From assembly GCF_006345805.1 (NCBI RefSeq), contig NW_021827554.1:1-28130 (forward strand): DNA of 28,130 nt, in the 5' to 3' direction. The position numbers and the translations under genes were made by a program. The stretch comes from Octopus sinensis. Taxonomy: Eukaryota. The notes beneath the pieces were generated by a model, which was not told where the DNA came from, did not search any database, and saw nothing but the letters and a program-made list of their open reading frames with translations. The first letter of the stretch is position 1. Each line of letters opens with the position of its first letter. Shown in pieces: positions 12,571 to 22,856 of this stretch.

Positions 12571-13261
12571 TCCTGTCTACAAATTTATACCTATAAAATA
12601 CATACACACACATATGTACATATATAGAAAACTATACATATATATATATATATATATAATATGTACATGCATATATATATATATGTATATACATATATAT
12701 ATATATGCATATACACACATACATACGAACACATGTATGTACATTCCTATATTTGCCCACACACACACGCATTCACTCACATACAGTCACGTGTATGGGC
12801 GCGTGTCTGTGTTTGAGCGTCAGAGTGTGAGCGTGTTATTCATGGAGATTCTTTATATGAATTGAGATCTCATAAAAATTGTTCGTTGAATCTCATTAAA
12901 TATTAACGTAAATCTAAATCTTAACAGATTTCGATTTGCTTTCAGTTTACGTTTGAAATATCTTCACAGCTAAAGACATTGAAAGAGTATCGAAGCGGAG
13001 TTGTTGGTGTGAGCAGTGGAGGCATTTTAATGAAATGAAATTTGGTATTCGTACCATTAGGTGAGGATGTTCGTAGTCGGAACATGAGACTTTGTACGTT
13101 TTAAACAGCAGGTCTGCTTTACCGTTTATATTGCACTATCTTAATCGTGGAGAAACCTAGAAAGAAAAAGAAGTGGGTAGATGTTAATTATTTGTTTGCA
13201 AGGAGCTTCTAGAAATTAAGATTGCTAAGATGGCGAACTGGCAGGATCGTTAGCAAAGCAT

Positions 13262-13783
13262 TTTTTTCCGGCGTCCTAAAGATTCTGCCAGCTCGCCGCC
13301 ATCTTTAGTTCCTCATATTCTTTTCTACTCTAGGCACAAGGCCCGAAATTTTGGAGGGAGGGGCTAGTCGATTAGATCGACCCCAGTAGGCAACTGGTAC
13401 TTATTTCATCGTCCCCTCCCCCCGAAAGGACGAAAGACAAAGTCGATCTCGATGGAATTTGAACTCAGAACGTAAAGACGGACGAAATGCAGCCAAGCAG
13501 TTTGTCCGGCTTCCTAAAGATTTTGCTAGCTCGCCGCCATTTTTAGCTCCTCATATTCTTTTCTACTCTAGGCACAAGGCCCGAAATTTTGGAGGGAGGG
13601 GCTAGTTGATTATATCGACCCCAGTACGTAACTGGTACTTATTTCATCGTTCTTCCCGAAAGACAAAGTCGACCTCGATGGAGTTTGAACTCAGAACGTA
13701 AAGACGAATGAAATGCAGCTAAGCAGTTTGTCCGGCGTCCTAACGATTCTGCCAGCTCACCACCTTCTTTAGCTCCTCGTATT
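13262..13783 (-). mobile_element. Tandem array of SINE family A (GGCCTTGTGCCTAGAGTAGAAAAG tail subtype): head fragment plus two full units
   Basis: Periods 238 and 226 bp. The spacer TTTAG(C/T)TCCTC(A/G)TATT occurs at about 13304-13319, 13542-13557 and 13768-13783. Units share private variants. Confidence 0.9.
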
Positions 13784-15098
13784 AACAAAAAAAAAGAACA
13801 ATGGTTATTATTCTTGGTTCGGGATACGTTGAATAACGAATTTCTTCGTATAAAGAGTCTGATTTTCCTCGTTTTGCACAGCATGGTCAAACAACTACAT
13901 CCGTTATCTTTGACTCAGGATACGTTGCAATACTAATTTCTTCGTACGAAGGTGATTTTCTTTTTTTTTCTTTTTCTTTTTTTTTTTGTTTTCTGTTTGC
14001 CCATCATGGCAACATGACAATATCAATTAGACAATGTCCTTAACGATATTTACACACTATTAAACAACCTGTTCCCATTTCTCATGCTAATTATATCTAT
14101 GTCAAACGTAATAAATTGCCAGGTGTAATCTGTGTAACATCTTAATGAAGGGCGATACGTAGTGCTGCACTTCTGATACCATTGAAAACTCTTTCGACCC
14201 ATCATTCTTGTCAATTCGACTTTCAATCATATCATCTCTCTTCCATCATCTCTGCTATTATTCATCGCAATCGTTGCTATACGAAGGATTAATTCTCTGA
14301 TTAACCATCTTTGAAATTAATCACGCAGCAATTATCTTGGTACTTCACAGAAAAATATTCGTTTTCCTTTTATTACCAATGAACAAAGCCCAACAAAATA
14401 ATTGAGTGATGTGGAACACGAACACGTCTAATTAGTCTTGTTTAAATGAACATATGTACTATTTAATAATAGTATTGTTATAACAGTCATTATCAATACT
14501 GTTTAGTTATTCAAGCTTCACAATGATTTTTGTGACATGAAACAGAATTTCGTTGAAAGGATTTCCAGATCAAAACAACTTCTTTCTCTTGTCATATTAG
14601 ACAAGTATTGTTTTTAGTTGTAGCTAAAAATACCACGTTGAATTCAGAAAATGTTACATTCTATTGTGAAAATATTAAAGAGTTCTTTCTCTCACTTCCT
14701 CTCTCATTCTCTCTCTCACCCTGCGTATGTGTGTACGTGTGTGTGTGTGTTTCTTTCTCTTGAGAAAAGGAGTGAGAGACAGAAGGGGAAATTAAAACTT
14801 GGAATTCTAATTAAACAGCAAATCAATAGTTTTATTTTTCGTTATCTGGTTTGTTTGTTATTTTTTTTCCATACAAACAATAACAGAAGTATCGTCTGCC
14901 TATCACTAACTTACGTATAAACAAAACAGTTACTTTTAAATCATTGTTAACATAGAGATGATATGTTTAATGGAAAGAATATAAAAGACTTACGAGAAAT
15001 AATTATTCGGTGTGGAAATACATATTCTGATTAACGTACAAATCAGCGGTTGTCGTTCGGGATTCATATTAGATTTGGATGTTCAATAAATTGGCTAT

Positions 15099-15200
15099 GG
15101 TCGACTTTGCCTTTCATCCTTTCGGGGTCGATCAATTAAGTAGCACTTGCGTACCGGGGTTGATCTAATCGACTGGCCCCCTCCTCAAAAATTTCGGGCG
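15099..15200 (+). mobile_element. 5'-truncated SINE family A fragment
   Basis: GGTCGACTTTGCCTTTCATCCTTTCGGGGTCGATCAATTAAGTA...GACTGGCCCCCTCCTCAAAAATTTCGGG. Confidence 0.85.
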
Positions 15201-15217
15201 CATTTATTTATTATTAA

Positions 15218-15295
15218 ATGTGAAGATAAAGGATCTACAGAAATTAGTGTTACTTGGAACTGCTCGAATCCTCAGCAAAGTTCTCGATATCCGAT
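15218..15295 (+). mobile_element. Extreme C-terminal relic of an R4/Dong-like RLE non-LTR retrotransposon
   Basis: Translates as KIKDLQKLVLLGTARILSKVLDI, matching the QK..LLGTARILRKVL terminus typical of this clade (recalled consensus). Preceded by TTATTTATTATTA. Confidence 0.55.
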
Positions 15296-15387
15296 TGTTA
15301 CTACTCATCGTAGAGCAGACCTTGATGGTGATGGTAGAAAAGAATAAATTAGCTATAATTCTACAATATACAAAATATTTTTTATAC

Positions 15388-15436
15388 AGGCGTAGGCGTA
15401 GCTGAGTGGTAAGACGTTTGCTCCCACCAACCATAT
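15388..15436 (+). mobile_element. Isolated SINE family B head fragment
   Basis: AGGCGTAGGCGTAGCTGAGTGGTAAGA...CCAACCAT with a tRNA A-box TAGCTGAGTGG. A degenerate minus-strand family A fragment (TTTGAACTCAGAACGTAA) follows at about 15450-15500. Confidence 0.45.
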
Positions 15437-15629
15437 TGTCGATCTCTGTAGCATTTGAACTCAGAACGTAAACAGTTGGAAGAAATGCTGTTTAGCTTTT
15501 TGTCCCATGATTATGACACGTAAGACTCAGCAATAAGCAAAAGCGAAGAATCGACCCCGCCATTTCTCTGATTGCTCAGTTCTTGAAAAATCCGAATATA
15601 TATATATATATATATAATATATATATTAT

Positions 15630-15698
<69 letters not shown>

Positions 15699-16223
15699 CG
15701 GTGAAACAGTGGTGTTTATTACGCAATATGAAGATTCTTCGGAACACTTCGAAAGTACTGAGAATAATTCGTGTAGATTGGCACCAAAAATGGTGTATGA
15801 CAATTATCTGGCTACAATAATTTGGGATGCGTCCAGATATCTTAATGAAAAACGAGAATGGAATTTGACGCCATCTCATAGATCGTCTCCGTCTATTCTC
15901 ACACAAGAAAAGACCATAACAAGATGAAGATAAGATCCCCGAGTATCTTACAAAATACAATAGGAGAGTAAAGATTGGTAGCAATGACAATCAGTGAGTT
16001 ATGAATGATATAAAAGAAGTTATGAAAAGAAAGTTTTTTTTTAGAAAATAGTCTTACGGAAATCAAAGCAATGAGCGAGCATCCGCGTAGTCACTAAACC
16101 TCCGAGAAGTAGCAACCAAATCTCCCTCAAATAACATCGAATCTTCTTTAGAATGAACATTGACGTGTTCGTTTTAATGGGATTCTTGTTTCCCTGCAAA
16201 GATGGCAAATAAAGACCACGTTT

Positions 16224-17035
16224 AAGGCGGCGAGCTGGCAGAATCGTTAGCACGCCGGGCGAAGTGCGTAGCTGTATTTCGTCTGCCGTTACGTTCTGAG
16301 TTTAAATTCTGCCGAGGTCGACTTTGCCTTTCATCCTTTCGAGGTCGATAAATTAAGTACCAGTTACGCACTGGGGTCGATAAATTAAGTACCACTTGCG
16401 CACTGAGGTCGATGTAATCGGCTTAATCCATTTGTCTGTCCTTGTTTGTCCCCTCTGTGTTTAGCCCCTTGTGGGCAGTAAAGAAATAGGTATTTCGTCT
16501 GCCGCTACGTTCTGAGTTCAAATTCCGCCGAGGTCGACTTTGCCTTTCATCTTTTCGGGGTCGATTAAATAAGTACCAGTTACGCACTGGGGTCGATATA
16601 ATCGACTTAATCCGTTGTCTGTCATTGTTTGTCCTCTCTGTGTTTAGCCCCTTGTGTAGTAAAGAAATAGGTATTTCGTCTGCTGCTACGTTCTGATTTC
16701 AAAATCCGCCGAGGTCGAATTTGCCTTTCATCCTTTCGGGGTCGATTAAATAAGTACCAGTTACGCACTGGGGTCGATATAAACGGCTTAATCCGTTTGT
16801 CTGTCCTTGTTTGTCCTCTCTGTGTTTAGCCCCTTGTGGGTAGTAAAGAAATAGGTATTTCGTCTGCCGCTACGTTCTGAGTTCAAATTCCGCCGAAGTC
16901 GACTTTGCCTTTCACCCTTTCAGGGTCGATTAAATAAGTACCAGTTACGCACTGGGGTCGATAAATTATCGACATAATATGTTTGTCCTTGTTTGTCCCC
17001 TCTGTGTGTAGCCCCTTGTGGACAGTAAAGAAATA
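16224..17035 (+). mobile_element. Tetrameric SINE family A: one headed unit plus three headless ~182-bp units
   Basis: Junction GTAAAGAAATA|GGTATTTCGTCTGC at 16489, 16670 and 16854. A single perfect 16-bp TSD AAATAAAGACCACGTT at 16207-16222 and 17036-17051. Confidence 0.95.
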
Positions 17036-17199
17036 AAATAAAGACCACGTTATTTAGCCTACTTATTTTCAAGGATATAAGATGTTTCTGTGAAAGATTT
17101 GGTTGTTAAGCCTTGACAGGTTAGTCACGGTAGGAATGTTTCTGACTCTATATCTGTCCAATCAGCGAGTCCTGTGCAATCATGTCCTGCTATGTAAGA

Positions 17200-18060
17200 A
17201 AAGGACACATTTAGCAATATGGACCTAGATACACAAGGCAGGTGGCATAGTCACAACTAGAACAACTTTAGTTCCTGGAACTGCTCAGCCAGAACTGACC
17301 TGGGTCAAACAGCAACAATACAGAAGCCTATATGCGGTCGCCCATCATGCTAGAAATAGAAATGAGTCTCCCTCGAATAACATCTCATCTTTAAAATGGA
17401 CACGTTGCATAAGGGAATCCTTGTTTCCCAGCACATACGGAAAGACAGAAAGGTCATGGTTGGACCGCTTTTCATTATATATCTATAGGTCTGTTTGATT
17501 AGGGAATCGTCAGAAACAATCTTTTAACCTTTACAAAGAGGGCGTATTGAACAATATGGCCCTAGATGTAAAAAATAAAGGCAGGATCGCCACAAGTGGA
17601 ACATCTTTGGCATCTTGGGCAAGTGTCTTCTGCTATAGCCCCGGGCCGACCAATGCCTTGTGAGTGGATTTGATAGACGGAAACTGAAAGAAGCCTGTCG
17701 TATATATGTATATATATATATATATATGTATTATGTGTGTGTGTTTGTGTGTCTGTGTTTGTCTCCCTAGCAGTGCTTGACAACCGATGCTGGTGTGTTT
17801 ACGTCCCCGTCACTTAGCGGTTCGGCAAAAAGAGACCGATAGAATAAGTACTGGGCTTACAAAGAATAAGTCCCGGGGTCGATTTGCTCGACTAAAGGCG
17901 GTGCTCCAGCATGGCCGCAGTCAAATGACTGAAACAAGTAAAAGAGTAAAAGAGAGTAAGAGATGAACTGGTGTTAAATAGCAACAATAGAGAAGTCATC
18001 TATGCGGTAACTCGAACTGCTAGAATTAACAGTCAAATTCTCTTTAATCATAGCTTTCCA
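17200..18060 (+). repeat. Old degenerate tandem repeat (~320-340 bp period), interrupted by a SINE
   Basis: CAATATGG.CCTAGAT...AAGGCAGG at 17215 and 17552; GCAACAATA.AGAAG....TATGCGGT......TGCTAGAA at 17312 and 17981. Confidence 0.55.
17608..17962 (+). mobile_element. SINE family B, 5'-truncated, with an internal (TA)n(TG)n tract
   Basis: CTTGGGCAAGTGTCTT core-like block, internal microsatellite, GACAACCGATGCTGGTGTGTTTACGTCCCCG body and (GTAAAAGA)n tail. Related fragments at 170-228 and 28040-28130. Confidence 0.85.
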
Positions 18061-18179
18061 CATAAAAACCCGCAGCTTCAAACGGCAATGTACAAAAAGA
18101 CCGCCGACCAGTGGCTGGTACGTCGTTCGTAAGAGCATATTAGTTCCCGAGTGACCAAGGGTTAAATAACATCAATGAA

Positions 18180-18880
18180 ATCAAACTGAATATTGGCGCC
18201 AAATTTTGGCACAAGGCCAGCAATTTCGGAGAAGGGGAAAGTCTATTGTATTGACACCCACCTCCCTGTGCACAACAGATACTTAATTGATCGGCCTTGA
18301 AAAGATGAAAGGCAAAGTAGACCCCAGCGGAATTTGAACTCTGAACGTAAAGACGGGCGAAATGTCGCAAAGCACTTCGACCGGCGTGCTAACAATTCTG
18401 TCATCTCACCGTTTTACATCAAACTGATTATCGGTTTCAAATATTAGCACAAGGCCTGTACTTTCGGGGTGGTGGGGGAGACAAGTCAATTACATCGATC
18501 CCAGTGCTCAACTTGTACGAAACGTAAAGTCGAACTTGGCGGAATTTGAACTCAGAATGTAAAGCCGGACGAAATATCGCTAAGCACTTCGACCGGCGTG
18601 GTAATGATTCTGTCATCTCACCGCTTTACATCAAACTGATTATCGTTTTCAAATTTTAGCACAAGGCCTGTACTTTCGGGGTGGGGGGAGGCAAGTCGAT
18701 TACATCGACCCCAGTGCTCAACTGGTGCTTATTTTATAGACCCTAAGAGAAAGAAACGTAAAGTCGAACTTGGCGGAATTTGAACTCAGAACGTAAAGCC
18801 GAACGAAATGTCGCTAAGCACTTTGACCGGCGTGCTAATAATCCTGTCAGTTCGCCGCTCTTTATATCAAAGTGAATATT
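18180..18880 (-). mobile_element. Tandem trimer of full-length SINE family A units separated by a repeated target-like spacer
   Basis: ATCAAA(C/G)TGA(A/T)TAT at 18180, 18418, 18630 and 18866; periods 238, 212 and 236 bp. Each unit has the B box (TTTGAACTC on the plus strand) and a head. Confidence 0.9.
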
Positions 18881-20154
18881 AACTGCGTTAATCTCATCTT
18901 GTTCTTACATCTCCCACCTTCCTTCCTTCTTTCCTTCCTTCCTGCAGTCTTGAAGAACTTGAGATGTATATGGCCACAGCATCCTCATTCACAATTTCAC
19001 TAACAAATTGTAATCTCTCTTCCGGATGGTTTGTTACCTTCATCAGGATATCGAGAAGTTTCGTTCAGACGAAGTTGAACTTATTCAATAGAAGTTGCCT
19101 TTCTAAAGATGGCGCACCAAATTAATTCATCGCTCGGCTTTTGAAAAACGTCGTTCAGAAAAGTCCTTTGTAGATATTTATACTTAAATATAAATCTATA
19201 TGGAACTAACTTTTAAGAACTCTTGTAGAATTCTCAGAGAACTGATTACATCGGCTTTCAAATGTATTATCCATGTATAATTAATCATTAGAAGTATTCT
19301 GTGGCTCTTTTAGTTAAATCTGGCAGATAATTTAAAATACAATTAATTCTTTACCAATTACGCCAACAATGGAGTATAACAAATTCATACCTTCATATAT
19401 ACATACATACATACATATGTGTGTATATATGTGTGTATATGCGTATTAATAAATGTATGCGTTCATTTCCAATGGTCTTTCTTTTCTCTTAGCAAAGCTG
19501 CTGCGGCCGTCGTTGAATGCTTTGAGAAAGCCAATTCTTTTGTAAGCCACGCATCGTTACATCATTGAAAAGTCGCCCCTCTTTCTCCATAAAGATCGGT
19601 AATCGATTAATAAATTCTTTGACACACAATTACTTGAGTGAAGTTTTTAAACACCGCTCGATATGTACATACACAATAGATTAATAAAGACATTGTCAGC
19701 TTTTCATATTAATTTGTCTTTATCTATGAATCAATCTACATACCAATATACATACATATATATATATATAGAGAGAGAGAGAGAGGGGGAGAGAAACAGA
19801 GACAGAGGTAGTTATCTGTGTGTCTACTTTTGTCTACCTCCATCTAACCACCCCCTTCTATCGTACTCTCTCTAACTATCCAACCATGTCAATATACGCT
19901 ATCTGTTTTTATATCGCTATAGCGCCTCTCCAAAATTCTGTCTCTCTATCTATCCAATTACCTATCTAGCTAGCTATATGTCTGCCTGCCTATTATCTAT
20001 CCTTATATATATATATATAGTATTATATAATAATATATATATATATATACACACATACATAAATATATATATATATATATATATACATTCATAGATATCT
20101 CCTCTCTAATTTTTTCTCTCTCTTTCAATACATATATATACATAAATATATATA

Positions 20155-20190
<36 letters not shown>

Positions 20191-20591
20191 TATATTATAT
20201 ATGCATGTATGTATATATACATACTCACATATGTATATATATATATCACGCTCTGCATCTCCCTTTCTTGATATATATATACATATATATACATATTTTC
20301 TATAAGGTAGATATCTAATTTAATATCCGGAATACTCGTCTACCCGAAGTAGTTTTGTCATAGTCTATAAAACAAACTGAAAGATGCAAAGGTAAGAATA
20401 AAATATTTAGTATGGAGACAGGAACCGAATTATGTAATCCTGCTAATAGAAACTACCAATATTCCCAACAAAGGTTCCAACCATCACCACCACCACCACC
20501 ACCACCGCCGCCGCCGCCACCGCTGCAGCCGCCGATTCCATCACTACTATTGCTATGACTACAAGTGCTACTGCTGGTTCATAATTGTTGG

Positions 20592-20633
<42 letters not shown>

Positions 20634-20699
20634 CATATATTCAAAGATAAAATCAGTGAAAATGGCCGTCGACAATATAGAAAATAACAAAGAAAAAAG

Positions 20700-20812
20700 G
20701 CAAGCCTGTACACGACCAATATCCTGCAAGAATCGGCTGAAAGGAAGTAAGTCAGAATGAATGCCAAACAATGGCTGAAAAGCTGCGAACTAAAAGCAGA
20801 AACTGAAGGTTG
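20700..20812 (+). mobile_element. Internal relic of an R4/Dong-like LINE ORF
   Basis: KPVHDQYPARIG*KEVSQ / frameshift / KQWLKSCELKAETEG resembles the KPLHGQYP...WL..G.LK.ETEG block found upstream of the CCHC knuckle (recalled consensus). Confidence 0.6.
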
Positions 20813-21415
20813 GGTTTGATTTTTGCTTTATCTTTTTGTGTGTCTTCTTTTTTTTTTTGTAGATTACTTTTTTGTTATGCCTGCAATGTATCAATGCTTA
20901 GCCATATATAAATAAAATTCTATAACAAAAAAATAAAAAGCATAAAATAATGAGCCTTCTTTCTACTACCATTCGTAATCGTAGACTGTAGACTATACAA
21001 TCAACATAGTCTACACAAAGAAACAAATGACCGCTTATTGATCTACGTTGTCCCGTTCCTTGCAAAGACAAAATACATTCAAAGACATGTTTGGGTAGAC
21101 AACTATGTCTATTGGGCGATGTGCCAGCAATTCAACATGAAAAACTGAAAAAAATGGTTATAAGCTTGCACTGAAAGTTGTATATGACAATGACCCGGCT
21201 GCGAGAATTTGGAACACACCCTTGTATTAAAATCAATGATGAGATGTAAAAAATATTGATCTCTGGAAGCCAATTTGATTTATTCTTATCAAAGTATGAT
21301 ATAGCAGGGAATCGATCATCATTTGCAAAAGATTCTTTTTCTTCCCCTTGTTATCACAGCCACATAATTTCAATTAATTAATTGAGGTTTTATTGAATGT
21401 TAGTAATGAATACAA

Positions 21416-21820
21416 TCGCGGATACAAGCGGCCAAAATTGAGTTTATTCGAAGAATCACTGGACTAGCATTATTCAATGTGATGCGTAGCTGGTGGATCA
21501 GGAAGCCTTACCAAGACGAGCGGATACGACTCTTCATTCAGGGGTCACAGCTCTGGTCCTACGGATATGCGTTTAGAATGTCGCAGAAAAGAATCGGAAG
21601 AAGGATTCCGCAACCCGAGCCAACCGATAGGAGGACCTAGGGGTAAACGAAAAACAAGATTGTTGGATAATATCTATATGACCAGTCGGTCACGCTTGAG
21701 AATTAAACCAGAAAAATCTAAGGATGATTGCTTCTGATAGGACCCTTTGAAGGAAGTGCTTGAGACCTCTGCTCCCATGACCTTCCCTGGGATAATGGGC
21801 GGAGAAAATGGATGGATGGG
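21416..21820 (+). mobile_element. 5'-truncated RTE-clade (Rex3/Expander-like) LINE 3' end with a short (ATGG)n tail
   Basis: SRIQAAKIEFIRRITGL...MRSWWIR...SQLWSYGYAFRMSQKRIGRRI..EPTDRR/GKRKTRLLDNI...ASDRTL matches the RIQAAEM.FLRR...GH..RM...GRP.TRW C-terminus. Ends GGAGAAAATGGATGGATGG. Confidence 0.8.
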
Positions 21821-22204
21821 TATATACATACATATATATTAGGCTTCTTAAAACTAGAAAGTAGAAAGCTAATTTGAAGATTACAGATCCAAGCCACCAG
21901 TGGAACTGTAAAAATCCGTAAAACTTTACAGAAGTTTATCATTTAAATATATATGAGCATGTCTAGATATGTAACTATATGCATGAGAATACATACATAA
22001 AACCTACAAATCTGCACATATATAAATGGTGGCTGCCCCCTCGTTATCGAGTATGGCCATTGCACGAAGCTTAATCAATGTTGTTATCGTGCAATGCCTT
22101 TGCAAGAGGATTATTTTTAAAGTGAGGAAAGGCTGTGCACTGAGTCAATACCACTCACTTAGCAACAGCAGCCATAATCCGAAAAGAAGAACAAGTCAAC
22201 ATCA

Positions 22205-22483
22205 TCGGTAACCACTGAGCCGCAGGTTTTATGTCGGAGTTATCCCAGTTACCTGAGTTACCTTCTCCTAGAAGAATCCCTAACAAAGGCTAGGAGTCCT
22301 TCACTCCCGATGGTTTAACCGCGCGATCGGGTATTCAGTCCGATTATTTCTATGTTCCCGCGCATGATACAGCCTTAAGACATTTATTGGATGGCCGTTG
22401 ACTCTCAAGAGTTCCTCCGCCCTTGGACGGCTTTTGTTTTTCATCCCGCAGTAGTGTTACAAGTAGCACTCGAAAGTGACCTG
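22205..22483 (-). mobile_element. Possible RTE 5'-UTR-derived repeat
   Basis: Minus strand CTAGCCTTTGTTAGGGATTCTTCTAGGAGAAGGTAACTC resembles the CAGCCTTGGTAAGG...CTAGGAGAAGGAAAACTC block of RTE 5' ends (from memory only). Confidence 0.35.
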
Positions 22484-22563
22484 ACATACATACATACATA
22501 CATACATACATACATACATACATACATACATACAACATACATACATACATACATACATACATA
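22484..22563. repeat. (CATA)n microsatellite
   Basis: Direct reading. Confidence 0.95.
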
Positions 22564-22589
22564 AATGCATGCATATACTCGGACTCGTG

Positions 22590-22856
22590 ATTGGAACATC
22601 GAAGGAAAAGATCGCAAGGCGAATATTTTTCAAGCCGAGCCAACTGGTAGAAGACAAAGCGGTAGACCAAGGATTAGATGGTTATATGATATTCATAGAC
22701 TGTTGGTCACGCTTGAGAAACCAACCGGAATGTTAAATGAGGGATGGTCCCCATAAGACTGTATGGAAGGGATACGTAAGGAATCAATCCCGACAACTCT
22801 CCCAAGAAAAGTGAGCGGAGATTATAGCTGACGAGCTGGCTGGCAGGCTGGTTGGC
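22590..22856 (+). mobile_element. RTE-clade LINE 3' end relic
   Basis: NIFQAEPTGRRQSGRPRIRWLYDIH carries the GRP..RW motif. Shares GCCGAGCCAAC and GGTCACGCTTGAGAA with the 21416 copy (CCCGAGCCAAC there). Confidence 0.75.

Noticed and set aside
13822-13960. ~45-bp imperfect direct repeat with 96-bp spacing
   Set aside because: Only two degenerate copies; an ordinary local duplication, not a CRISPR-like array.
15694-15927. 77-aa ORF containing LATIIWDA, faintly like the mariner MATVFWD motif
   Set aside because: No other transposase motif or TIR; it starts at the end of a GA repeat.
16224-17035. Regular repeat array as a possible CRISPR or tRNA cluster
   Set aside because: The units are whole SINE bodies with no unique spacers, and the heads do not fold into complete tRNA cloverleaves.
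19020-19050. Minus-strand CTGATGAAGGT-AACAA-ACC hairpin
   Set aside because: Not followed by GAAA or a UH cleavage site.
20411-20557. 48-aa polyproline ORF (METGTELCN...PPPPPP)
   Set aside because: Explained by a degenerate (CCA/CCG)n trinucleotide repeat; no supporting splice or homology evidence.
20987-21015. 10-bp hairpin TGTAGACTAT/ATAGTCTACA
   Set aside because: Isolated, with no associated element features.
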